From: an uncultured Pelagibacteraceae bacterium
GTDB lineage: Bacteria > Pseudomonadota > Alphaproteobacteria > Pelagibacterales > Pelagibacteraceae
Length of the DNA stretch: 64,000 nucleotides
Direction: 5' to 3'
Assembly (NCBI GenBank): GCA_902557995.1
Contig: CACECL010000002.1
Coordinates: 29,091-93,090, forward strand
A model generated the notes under the pieces. That model ran no database searches and had not been told where the DNA came from. It was given only the letters and a program-made list of their open reading frames with translations. How positions within the stretch are numbered: position 1 is the first letter of the stretch; each line of letters opens with the position of its first letter. This document shows positions 1 to 9,550 of the stretch, piece after piece. Made by a program: the position numbers and the translations under genes.

Positions 1-375
1 GCTTATTTCTAATCCTGCGGCAAGCATCTTTTGTATAAATTCTTTGGCTGAACCATCAAGGATTGGAACTTCTTCGTTATCTATTTCAATTAAAGCATTA
101 TCAATACCTAATCCAAACAATGCACCCATTAAATGTTCAATTGTTGAAACCTTAACTCCAAATTCATTTTCTATAGTTGTATTTAAAGATGTATTTGTAA
201 CATTCATAAAATTTGGATAAACAAAGTTGTTATTTTGTAAATCTATTCTTTTAAATACAATACCAAAGTTAGTTTCAGCCGGTATAATAGAAATTTTTAC
301 ATTAACACCACTGTGTAGTGCAACTCCACTAAAGGAAACATTTTTTTTAATTGTTTTTTGAGTTAGATATGACAC
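1..375 (-). CDS. lpxC: UDP-3-O-acyl-N-acetylglucosamine deacetylase (5' part; runs off window)
   Basis: Manual translation from GTG at 375: MSYLTQKTIKKNVSFSGVALHSG...VSTIEHLMGAL...EVPILDGSA; position after ftsA-like gene. Confidence 0.95.
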   Translation of the reverse strand, partial: MSYLTQKTIKKNVSFSGVALHSGVNVKISIIPAETNFGIVFKRIDLQNNNFVYPNFMNVTNTSLNTTIENEFGVKVSTIEHLMGALFGLGIDNALIEIDNEEVPILDGSAKEFIQKMLAAGLEIS

Positions 376-439
376 TCGTTAGTTTTAGTCCTATTTAAAT
401 ATTATTAAAAAACAACAAATGTTACCGTATAAAACAAAC

Positions 440-1138
440 TTAACTGAAAAGTTGAAAAAATTTTTCAAAAAAACCTTGTTTTTTCAGTTTTTTAGATACA
501 ACTGAAACCTCATTATCATTATAACCTTTTAAAATTTTATGAGCCTGTACTGATAGTTTTATCTCCTCGGAATTAAATAAATTTTTTAAGTACATTTTAC
601 TTAAATGTTTTACTAATTTAATTTGGTATTTTTTCAATATTTCTTCAATTTTAATAATTAAATCATTTGATATTATTAAGAATTCAATCTCTAAATTAAT
701 TTGTTTACTTTTTAAATTACTTAAGAATTTTGGATAATAATTTCCATCTATTATAAATTTATTTATTACCATATGCATAATTTTATATTCTTGATAATTT
801 TCTTTAAATAAATCATTAGCTTCGATAAGTAGATTTTGCAAATTTTTTTCATTGAAAGTCTGTTCATAATTTTTTTTTTGAACACATAAGTTAATTTTCA
901 TAACTTGATCATTTTCAATTATCAAATTTAAATTTTTAACGAACCCACCAATTAATTTTTCAATTTTAAATATATTGTCTTCTAAAAATTCATTTAAAAT
1001 AATTAAATTAATTTCATTATCTTCTTTTTTTAAATTGAGTTTATTTTCGTATAAATTTTTAAGTTCCCTGGTATTTAACAAGTAAATTGCAAATTCAGAT
1101 GGTGAAATATAAAGGTAAGTTTCTAATTCCTCAGTCAT
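440..1138 (-). CDS. Truncated/degenerate FtsA-like protein
   Basis: Sits in the ftsA position between ftsQ and lpxC; 1C-domain-like segment IMHMVINKFIIDG; C-terminal amphipathic helix GFFEKFFQLFS; only 232 aa. Confidence 0.65.
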   Translation of the reverse strand: MTEELETYLYISPSEFAIYLLNTRELKNLYENKLNLKKEDNEINLIILNEFLEDNIFKIEKLIGGFVKNLNLIIENDQVMKINLCVQKKNYEQTFNEKNLQNLLIEANDLFKENYQEYKIMHMVINKFIIDGNYYPKFLSNLKSKQINLEIEFLIISNDLIIKIEEILKKYQIKLVKHLSKMYLKNLFNSEEIKLSVQAHKILKGYNDNEVSVVSKKLKKQGFFEKFFQLFS

Positions 1139-1805
1139 TTACAATTAATTGATTATTAATTCTAAGATCTAATATTTTATAATTTTCCAGTTCTTGGTTG
1201 TTCAAAAATATAAAAACATTGTCAAGAGAGCTGATGAGATTTTGCTTTGGTAATTTTAAAAGAATACTATTCTTGAGTTCTATATCCCACCTTTTAGATG
1301 GAAAAAAATATAGATTTTTAATTTCATTATAATCAATTTTAGAAATATCAATAATTTTTTTTAGTTTCAAAAATTCGTCAGTATTTGGACTTCCAAAAAT
1401 AAAAGGTAAATATTTTTCTGTTTTAGTATTTTCTAATAATTTGCCATTAGAACCTATGATTAAAATTTTATCATTTTTATTTATCCTTGCTAGAAAATCA
1501 GTTTTTTTAATTTCAATATTTAAACTAGAAGGATATTTTTTAAATATTTCAAAGTTTTCTATTATAGAGAATGAGCTAATCAATTTATTTATTTCGTTAT
1601 TATTAATAAAAAAAATATTACCTAAATCTAAACTTTCTAAACTTTTTAAAATAATTTCATTATTTTTCTCTTTTAGACCATTAACATTAATATTTTCTAT
1701 TTTATCAAATTTAAAAATATTATTTAATTTTAAATTATTAATTGAGCCTAAAATTAATAGTAAAATGAGATAAATTATTACATTCTTACTTTTTTTTTGA
1801 TGCAT
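1131..1805 (-). CDS. ftsQ: Cell division protein FtsQ/DivIB
   Basis: N-terminal TM, POTRA-like K.YP..L.I.I motif, RWDI, C-terminal LDLRI; follows ddl. Confidence 0.85.
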   Translation of the reverse strand: MHQKKSKNVIIYLILLLILGSINNLKLNNIFKFDKIENINVNGLKEKNNEIILKSLESLDLGNIFFINNNEINKLISSFSIIENFEIFKKYPSSLNIEIKKTDFLARINKNDKILIIGSNGKLLENTKTEKYLPFIFGSPNTDEFLKLKKIIDISKIDYNEIKNLYFFPSKRWDIELKNSILLKLPKQNLISSLDNVFIFLNNQELENYKILDLRINNQLIVND

Positions 1806-2700
1806 CTTTTAAAATCCATTGAATTAATTTTAAAAAACTTATTCCCTTATAAGCAGCTATTTCAGGAACAAGAGAAAGTTTTGTCATTCCTGGCTGAGTA
1901 TTAATTTCTAATAAATAAAATTTATTTTTATGAAATTTAAAATCTGACCTTGTGATACCCATACAGCCAATTGCTTTATGTGCCTTCAAGGCTATACTCA
2001 TAATTTCATCTAATTTACTTTTATTTAATTCTACAGGTATTATGTGCTCAGTTTTTGCATTTCTATTGTATTTTGCTTCATAATCGTAAAATTTCCTTTT
2101 CGGTTTTAATTCGATTGCACCTAATTTTTTATTTCCCATTATTGCAACTTGAATTTCTCTACCAGCAATGAATTCTTCTATCATTACTCTCTTATAGTTT
2201 TTTAATAAATTTAAAATTTTAAATAAGTTTTTTTTATTACAAATATTAACATTCACACTTGAGCCCTCATTCAGGGGTTTTACTACAACTGGAAAACTTA
2301 ATTCTTTGTTAATTTTTTTAATTAAATTAAATTTATCTATATCATAATGATATACAAAAAACTTAGGGGTATTAATTTTGTGTTTAATGAATATTTTTTT
2401 TGAAACCTCTTTATCCATTGCAATTGCTGAAGCAATAACGCCTGAATGTGTATAAGGCACTTTGAATCTTTCAAGGATTGATTGAATATAACCATCTTCA
2501 CCAAATTGCCCGTGTAAAGCATTAAAAATTACATCTGGCTTAAAAATTTTTATATTTTTTTTTAAATTCTTGTCTGGTTCTGAAATCTTAGTTCTATAAC
2601 CATTTTTTTTTAATTCTTTTGCGACCTGTAGCCCCGTGTCAAGACTGATTAACCTCTCCTTAGAGATTCCTCCAGATAATATGAGTACTTTTTTTTTCAA
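1786..2700 (-). CDS. ddl: D-alanine--D-alanine ligase
   Basis: GG.S.ER.IS, LHGQFGEDG, EGSS, LEINTQPGMT motifs. Confidence 0.97.
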   Translation of the reverse strand: MKKKVLILSGGISKERLISLDTGLQVAKELKKNGYRTKISEPDKNLKKNIKIFKPDVIFNALHGQFGEDGYIQSILERFKVPYTHSGVIASAIAMDKEVSKKIFIKHKINTPKFFVYHYDIDKFNLIKKINKELSFPVVVKPLNEGSSVNVNICNKKNLFKILNLLKNYKRVMIEEFIAGREIQVAIMGNKKLGAIELKPKRKFYDYEAKYNRNAKTEHIIPVELNKSKLDEIMSIALKAHKAIGCMGITRSDFKFHKNKFYLLEINTQPGMTKLSLVPEIAAYKGISFLKLIQWILKDASKKK

Positions 2701-2701
2701 T

Positions 2702-3607
2702 CTATTCTAATATTTTTATTTCTTTTTCTAATTTGATACCTGTTTTTTTTTGGACACTGTCTGAAACAAAATCAATTAAATTTTTCATATCCTTAAACTT
2801 AGCATTACCTTTATTTACAAAAAAATTACAGTGTTTTTCAGAGATACATGCGTCTCCAAATGATTTTTCAAGTGGAACAGATTCTTTGATTAATTGCCAA
2901 ACTTTTTTGTCTGATTGATTAATAGGATTTTTAAATGTACTACCACTAGTCTTAATTTTTGTAGGTTGAGCTTGCTCTTTTTTTTCTTTAAGTTTCCTTA
3001 TCTCATTCTTAATTATATTCTTATCTTTCTTAAAACCTTTAAATGATGCACTTAAATAAATAAGATCTTCAGGTAACCCGCTATCTCTATATTTAAAATT
3101 AATATCTTTTGCAGGTATAGTTATTACCTTGCCAAATTTATTTAAGACCTGAATAGAAATAAGAATATCTTTGAACTCCCTTTGAAAACAACCTGCATTC
3201 ATTTTAATGCCACCACCTACTGTACCGGGTATACATGAGAGAAATTCAAAACCACCTAAACTATTTTCCATTGCAAATTCAGATAATGATTTATCTGCAA
3301 CTGCGCTGCCAGCCACTATAATTTGTTCAGAATGTAAAGAAATATTATTAAAATTTTGAGCAAGTTTTATTACAACTCCATCAAATTTGTTGTCAGATAT
3401 AAGTATATTAGAACCGGCTCCTAATATAAATATTTTTTCTTTATCTTTCATTTTTTTAAGAAATTTAATTAAATCTTTTAAATTATCTGCCTTATAGAAA
3501 GCTTTAGTTTTGCCTCCTATGTTAAACCAATTTTTTTTTTTAAGATCATAATCTAACTTTAAATTACTATTAAATTCTGGAACCAACTCTTTAAAATCAA
3601 TTTTCAT
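2702..3607 (-). CDS. murB: UDP-N-acetylenolpyruvoylglucosamine reductase
   Basis: GAGSNIL, IPGTVGG..MNAG, GSTFKNP, KHCNF motifs. Confidence 0.97.
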   Translation of the reverse strand: MKIDFKELVPEFNSNLKLDYDLKKKNWFNIGGKTKAFYKADNLKDLIKFLKKMKDKEKIFILGAGSNILISDNKFDGVVIKLAQNFNNISLHSEQIIVAGSAVADKSLSEFAMENSLGGFEFLSCIPGTVGGGIKMNAGCFQREFKDILISIQVLNKFGKVITIPAKDINFKYRDSGLPEDLIYLSASFKGFKKDKNIIKNEIRKLKEKKEQAQPTKIKTSGSTFKNPINQSDKKVWQLIKESVPLEKSFGDACISEKHCNFFVNKGNAKFKDMKNLIDFVSDSVQKKTGIKLEKEIKILE

Positions 3608-5001
3608 GATAACAATTTAGGTAATTCTCTCATCCAGCCTGAGATAGTCCCAGCACCCATTCCTATAACAATTTTTTTTCCATATATATTTGCTTTAATA
3701 AATTTTGCTAATTGGAATCTATCATCTACTAGAAAAAGCTGGACTTTAGAGTTTTTAATCATTTCTTTCGCAAAGTTTATATAACTAAATCCAAGCTTTA
3801 ATTTTTCTCCAGCAGTATAAATTGGAAACAAAATAACTTTATCTGCATTTTTAAAGGCAAAAGTAAATTCTTTTTTTAAATCTTTTAATCTTGATATTCT
3901 ATGCGGTTGAAAAATACAAATTTTTTCATAATTTTTATAAACATTTTTTACGCCATTCAACACTTCTTTGATTTCTGTAGGATGGTGTGCATAATCATCA
4001 TAGAAATCTACATTATTAAAACTGAAAATTTTATTAAATCTTCTCTGAACTCCTTTAAAATTTTTAAGTCCTTTTTTAATATTTTTTATTGGTAGACCTA
4101 CGGTTAATGCTAACGCTGCAGCAGCTACAGAATTTTTAATATTATGAGTTCCTAATAAAGGAATTTTAAATTTTTTAATTAATTGATTTTTTTTATTAGG
4201 TAATTTTATATTTAAGTCAAACTCAGAGAAGCTTTTTAATTGTTTTATATTTTTGATACAAAAATTTGACTTTGCATCTAATCCATATGAATAAAAGTTT
4301 TTGTTTTTTATATTTTTAATTAAATTTTTGTTATTTTTGTCATCTATACAAATAAATGATTTACCAAATGGAGGAACCTTATTAACAAAATTTTCAAAAT
4401 ATTTATTTAATTTGTCCATAGTACCGTAATAATCCATATGCTCTCGATCAATATTTGTGATGATAGAATATGTCGGGGGTATGAAAACAAAACTTCCATC
4501 AGACTCGTCTGCCTCTAATATAGACCAATCACTTTTCCCAAGCTTTGCAGAATTATTTATAGAATTTATTACTCCACCATTAATAATAGTGGGATCAATT
4601 TTTGTTTCTTGAAATATAGATGCTATTAATGATGTTGTTGTTGTTTTGCCGTGTGATCCTACTACTACAATATTTTTTGTTAAAGAAACAATATTAGCTA
4701 ACATCTCTCCTCTTTTATAAGTTGGTAATAGTTTTTTTTTAGCCGCAACAAGCTCTGGATTATTTTTTTTAATAGCCGAGGATATAACTAGGATAGTTGC
4801 CTTATCTATATTTTTTTTCTTATGTCCAACAAAGACTTTTATTTTTTCTTTTCTTAATCTCTCAATATTTTTATTATTTGAAATATCACTTCCTTGAACT
4901 TTAAAACCTTTTCCTTTCATTATTAATGCTAGGCCACTCATACCTATTCCACCTATTCCAACAAAATGAATCAGTTCAGATTTTGCTAATTTAATTTTCA
5001 T
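3604..5001 (-). CDS. murC: UDP-N-acetylmuramate--L-alanine ligase
   Basis: GIGGIGMSGLA, GSHGKTTT, EADESD, DDYAHHPTE motifs. Confidence 0.98.
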   Translation of the reverse strand: MKIKLAKSELIHFVGIGGIGMSGLALIMKGKGFKVQGSDISNNKNIERLRKEKIKVFVGHKKKNIDKATILVISSAIKKNNPELVAAKKKLLPTYKRGEMLANIVSLTKNIVVVGSHGKTTTTSLIASIFQETKIDPTIINGGVINSINNSAKLGKSDWSILEADESDGSFVFIPPTYSIITNIDREHMDYYGTMDKLNKYFENFVNKVPPFGKSFICIDDKNNKNLIKNIKNKNFYSYGLDAKSNFCIKNIKQLKSFSEFDLNIKLPNKKNQLIKKFKIPLLGTHNIKNSVAAAALALTVGLPIKNIKKGLKNFKGVQRRFNKIFSFNNVDFYDDYAHHPTEIKEVLNGVKNVYKNYEKICIFQPHRISRLKDLKKEFTFAFKNADKVILFPIYTAGEKLKLGFSYINFAKEMIKNSKVQLFLVDDRFQLAKFIKANIYGKKIVIGMGAGTISGWMRELPKLLS

Positions 5002-6055
5002 TAATAATATCTAATATTTTTTCATTAACATTATTCCAAGTGTTTTGATAATTTAATTTCTCCAAATTATTTTTTTTTGTCATATAATCCTGACTTTTAT
5101 TTACCAATTCTAATAAAAATTTCTCAAATTTTTTGTCATCAAAATTTTTTTGATCAATTATCCAACAACAATCCTTTTCTTTGTAATATTTTGCATTTTC
5201 ATGCTGATGATTATCTTTTGATGATGGAAGTGGTATTGCTACAAACGGAATATTTAAAAAGGATAGTTCAGCTAAACTAGATGCTCCCGCTCTTGTTATA
5301 CATAAATCACCTTGTTTTAAAACTTTATTAAGATTGTGATCAAAACTAAAAACTTTATTTTCAATATTATTTTGAGAGTAAAAATTTTTCAAATAATTAA
5401 TATTTTTCTGACTTGTTTGATGAATAATTTTAATTGAAACCTGTTTTGCTATACTTACTAAGGATTTATGTAAGAGCTCATCGAAGACTTTTGCACCCTG
5501 ACTACCTCCTATGATTATAATTGTAAATAAATTACCTTGTTTTTCATAAATACCAGAATCATAATATTCTTTTCTTATCAAAGGTTTGATAGTAGTTAAT
5601 TTATGATTAATTCCAGAAGGCAAATTAATTAAATTCTTTGAATAACATATTAATTTTCTTGAAAAATTTAAAAAAAATTTATTAGCTCTCCCAAGAACCA
5701 TATTTGGTTCAATTAAAAAAATTTTAATTCCCAATATTTTTCCTGCTAAACATATCGGCAAAGACATATATCCACCTGTAGAAATTAAAATTGAAATATT
5801 TTTTTTTTTTAAAATAAAAAAAGATTTAAAAATTAGAAATAATATTTTTAAGAGTGAAAAAGGAAGTAAAAAATAATTATTTAATTTTGGTGTGTTGATT
5901 ACTACTGTGTTATAATTTTTATCTAAATATGCAAGACCTCTTACGTCGGTAGAAATCAAAGTTTCATGGGTATTCTTTAAATGATTATAAATCGTTATTG
6001 CTGGTATCACATGACCTCCTGAACCACCTGTGGATATCAAAACTTTAGTTGTCAT
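4991..6055 (-). CDS. murG: Lipid II GlcNAc transferase
   Basis: GGSGGH, GGY, GGSQGA, RAGASS, HQ..NA motifs. Confidence 0.96.
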   Translation of the reverse strand: MTTKVLISTGGSGGHVIPAITIYNHLKNTHETLISTDVRGLAYLDKNYNTVVINTPKLNNYFLLPFSLLKILFLIFKSFFILKKKNISILISTGGYMSLPICLAGKILGIKIFLIEPNMVLGRANKFFLNFSRKLICYSKNLINLPSGINHKLTTIKPLIRKEYYDSGIYEKQGNLFTIIIIGGSQGAKVFDELLHKSLVSIAKQVSIKIIHQTSQKNINYLKNFYSQNNIENKVFSFDHNLNKVLKQGDLCITRAGASSLAELSFLNIPFVAIPLPSSKDNHQHENAKYYKEKDCCWIIDQKNFDDKKFEKFLLELVNKSQDYMTKKNNLEKLNYQNTWNNVNEKILDIINEN

Positions 6056-6058
6056 TTT

Positions 6059-7180
6059 TTAGCTTATTTTTCTTTTTGTTAAATTTAAAATAATCCCAGC
6101 CAATATTGATGTACTTATTATTGATGAACCACCATAACTTAAAAAAGGTAATGTCATCCCAGTAGTTGGAAGTAATCTTATATTAACTCCAATATGAATA
6201 GTAGCCTGCATTAATATTAAACTAATTGATCCAATTAAAATAAGTTTAGCTTTATCATTTGTTTCAAAACTTATTTTTTTAAAAACCATATAAATTAAGA
6301 TCAAAAACAATAATAATATTAAGATTATGGCAACAACACCAAACTCTTCAGAAATTACAGAAATAATATAGTCAGTATGTGCCTCTGGAACTCTATTTTT
6401 AAGAACCCCCTCACCTATACCTTTTCCAAAAAAGCCTCCACTTGTAATTGACTCTATTGCTTTATCAGATTGGAAGTTATGAGCGCCTGTTTCTCTATTA
6501 AAAAATGAAAAAATACGTCCTTGTATATAATCAAACCTTGGAACATAAATGATAAGATAAGTAAGCAAAGACGCACCAACAATAAATATTGCTAAAAGAA
6601 TATATATATTAATTCCTGATGTGAAGATTAGAACTGCCCAACAAAATACCACTAATAAAGTTTGGCCAATATCTGGCTGAACTATTAAAAGCAAAGAAAT
6701 GACAGATATCAAAAAAATAGATATCAAATACTTAAATAAAATATTTGATTTAACATCACATAGAATAGTTGCTAAAATTATTATCAAAAATGGTTTTAAA
6801 ATTTCTATGGGCTGAAATCTTGGTAAGAAAAATAAGTCTATCCATCTTTTAGAACCTTTAACTTCAACACCAATTAATGGAACTAAAAATAAAGATAAAA
6901 GTGAAATAAAAAAAAGAATAATAGAGTATTTATATAATTGATCTGAATTTAATGAGGAAAATATAAAAATAAAAGATATTCCAATTAACACGTAAATTAA
7001 ATGTTTAAAAAAGAAGAAATAACTATTGGTATTTAACTTATCAGAAGCTATTAGAGAAGTTGAAACTAAAGAAAAAAATAATCCAATAATAAATAACAAA
7101 CTTATTAGTAAAAAAATAGATTTATCTATGTTTTTCCACCACTGATAATAAAATTTGTAAACAATACTATCGCTTTGCAT
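6059..7180 (-). CDS. ftsW: SEDS peptidoglycan glycosyltransferase FtsW
   Basis: Polytopic membrane protein with G.KRW, QP.E..K, QPD.G, PEAHTD, LPFLSYGGSS; dcw position. Confidence 0.95.
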   Translation of the reverse strand: MQSDSIVYKFYYQWWKNIDKSIFLLISLLFIIGLFFSLVSTSLIASDKLNTNSYFFFFKHLIYVLIGISFIFIFSSLNSDQLYKYSIILFFISLLSLFLVPLIGVEVKGSKRWIDLFFLPRFQPIEILKPFLIIILATILCDVKSNILFKYLISIFLISVISLLLIVQPDIGQTLLVVFCWAVLIFTSGINIYILLAIFIVGASLLTYLIIYVPRFDYIQGRIFSFFNRETGAHNFQSDKAIESITSGGFFGKGIGEGVLKNRVPEAHTDYIISVISEEFGVVAIILILLLFLILIYMVFKKISFETNDKAKLILIGSISLILMQATIHIGVNIRLLPTTGMTLPFLSYGGSSIISTSILAGIILNLTKRKIS

Positions 7181-8465
7181 TTATATACTTTTTAATTATT
7201 TGATTAAAATAATACCCTCTATCCTCAAAATTCTTGAAACTATCAAAAGAAGCTCCAGCTGGACTGAAAAAAATAATATTTTTTTTGGATTGTTGAATAT
7301 TAATTTCTGAAAAAATAACTTTAAGAGTTTCTTGTAAATTTTTAAAATTTTTAATTTTTAATCTATTTTTTAAAATTTTTATAAATTTTCTATGATGTGA
7401 TCCAAAAATATAAGCTTTGATATTTTTACACTTTATTTTTGATAGTTTAAATTTATCTCCTTTTTTGGGAATTCCTCCTAAGATCCAATGTGCATCATTT
7501 AAATTTTTTAATATATTTTCCGAGGAAGCAAAACTTGTAGATTTAGAGTCGTTAATTATTGTGAGATTTTTTTTATCAAATATAATTTGTTGTCTGAAAT
7601 CTAGGCCTTTAAATTTATTAATGGTTTTAATTAATTTTTTGTAGTTAAGTTTTAATCTTGGAGCAATTTTTAATATAAATGATAAATTTTCTTTATTACC
7701 GTCAGATAAAAAATATTTATTAGTAATTTTATTTAACTTTTTATCTATACTTGAAGTCTGTACTCTGTAGATTTTTGAAATATATTTATTTTTATTTAAT
7801 TTTTTAGTTATTAGTTCATCCTCCTTTTTTACGTATGCAAAAGATCCTCTTATTTGAGATTTTAATAATTTAAATTTTGCATTTACATAATTTTTTAAAC
7901 TTTTATGTCTCTCAATGTGGTCTGCAGTTATATTTAAAATTACTGCATATTTTGATCTAAATACTCTACTGTAATCTAGCTGATAAGAAGAAGCCTCTAT
8001 TACAAAGATTGTTTTTTTTTTAATATTTTTTTCTGATAGTGCTGGATTTCCAATATTCCCAATAAGTCTCGAGTCTTTTTTTTGATCTATTAAAGCATCA
8101 TGTAAAATTTTAGCAGTTGTAGATTTACCGTTAGTTCCGGTAATCGTAATACTTTCATTGTCATAAAATGAAAACAAAACATCAAGATCGGTATGAATTT
8201 TTTTTAAATTTTTCTTTAAAAATTTCGACAATTTACAATTTGAGATATCAATTCCAGGACTAATAATAATTCTATCAAAATTTATTTTTTTAATTTGCTC
8301 TAGTTTAATAATTTTTTTTTTAAGTTTTAATTTATTTTTTTGATTATCATCAAACAAATATATATCAGACTTGTTTTTTAAAAACTTATAAGATGAAAGA
8401 CCACTCTTTCCTAAACCATAAATTAATATTTTTTTTCCTAAAAAAATATTATTAAATATTTTCAT
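7167..8465 (-). CDS. murD: UDP-MurNAc-L-Ala--D-glutamate ligase
   Basis: GLGKSG, ITGTNGKSTT, EASSYQL, NDSKST, SPAGASFD; start set at the ATG overlapping the mraY stop (TAATG) rather than ORF-track 8522. Confidence 0.96.
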   Translation of the reverse strand: MKIFNNIFLGKKILIYGLGKSGLSSYKFLKNKSDIYLFDDNQKNKLKLKKKIIKLEQIKKINFDRIIISPGIDISNCKLSKFLKKNLKKIHTDLDVLFSFYDNESITITGTNGKSTTAKILHDALIDQKKDSRLIGNIGNPALSEKNIKKKTIFVIEASSYQLDYSRVFRSKYAVILNITADHIERHKSLKNYVNAKFKLLKSQIRGSFAYVKKEDELITKKLNKNKYISKIYRVQTSSIDKKLNKITNKYFLSDGNKENLSFILKIAPRLKLNYKKLIKTINKFKGLDFRQQIIFDKKNLTIINDSKSTSFASSENILKNLNDAHWILGGIPKKGDKFKLSKIKCKNIKAYIFGSHHRKFIKILKNRLKIKNFKNLQETLKVIFSEINIQQSKKNIIFFSPAGASFDSFKNFEDRGYYFNQIIKKYINAKR

Positions 8466-9550
8466 TATCTTAATTTTAAGGTAGCTAAACCAATCATTGC
8501 TAGAATGATAGAGATAATCCAAAACCTAATTACAACTGTAGACTCTGGCCAACCCTTTTTCTCAAAATGATGATGAATAGGGGCCATTCTAAAAATTCTT
8601 TTTCCAGTAAGTTTAAACGAAATTACCTGAACCACTACTGAAACTGCTTCTAGTACAAAAAGTCCACCTGTAATAGCTAAAACAATTTCATGCTTTGTGA
8701 TAATTCCTACTGCACCTAAAGACCCTCCAAGAGATAATGAGCCTGTGTCACCCATAAAAATTTTAGCAGGTGGAGCATTAAACCATAAGAAACCTAAACA
8801 AGAGCCAATAATTGCCCCACAAAAAATTGATACTTCACCAGTTCCTTCTATGTAAGGTATCTGTAAATAATTTGAAAAAACGATATTTCCAGTAACATAA
8901 CTTATAAAAGCAAAACATGCTGCAACTAATATTACAGGCACTGTTGCTAGACCATCTAATCCATCCGTAAGGTTAACAGCATTTGACGAACCAATAATTA
9001 CGAATATTGCAAATGGTATAAAAAACCATCCAAGGTTTATAATTAAATTTTTAAAGAATGGAAAATATAAGTTATTTAAATCTTGATAATCATTTAAATA
9101 AACAAACAAACTTACACCAATAATTGCTAATATTATTTGTGAAGTTATTTTAAACTTTGAAGAAATTCCTGATGAGTTACTAAATTTAATCTTCTTAAAG
9201 TCATCATACGCTCCCAACAAACCAAACGTAATTGCTATGTAAACACAAAATAAAATATTAATATTTGATAAATCTGCCCAAAATATTACTGATACCAGCA
9301 AGCCAAATAAAATTATTAAACCTCCCATTGTTGGTGTACCAATTTTTTTAACTATATGATCTTCAGGTCCATCCTCCCGAATTGGATTTAAAATTTTTTG
9401 TTTTGAAAAAAATTTTATAAAAGGACCTCCAATAATCAGTACAATAACGAATGAAGTGAAAAAAGATAAACCTGTTCTAAAAGTTAAATATTTAAATACG
9501 TTTAAAAAACTAAAAGTATCAATAAAATTTAATAAAAATTGATAAAGCAT
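8465..9550 (-). CDS. mraY: Phospho-MurNAc-pentapeptide transferase
   Basis: GTPTMGG, NAVNLTDGLDGLA, FMGDTGS, MAPIHHHFE motifs. Confidence 0.98.
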   Translation of the reverse strand: MLYQFLLNFIDTFSFLNVFKYLTFRTGLSFFTSFVIVLIIGGPFIKFFSKQKILNPIREDGPEDHIVKKIGTPTMGGLIILFGLLVSVIFWADLSNINILFCVYIAITFGLLGAYDDFKKIKFSNSSGISSKFKITSQIILAIIGVSLFVYLNDYQDLNNLYFPFFKNLIINLGWFFIPFAIFVIIGSSNAVNLTDGLDGLATVPVILVAACFAFISYVTGNIVFSNYLQIPYIEGTGEVSIFCGAIIGSCLGFLWFNAPPAKIFMGDTGSLSLGGSLGAVGIITKHEIVLAITGGLFVLEAVSVVVQVISFKLTGKRIFRMAPIHHHFEKKGWPESTVVIRFWIISIILAMIGLATLKLR

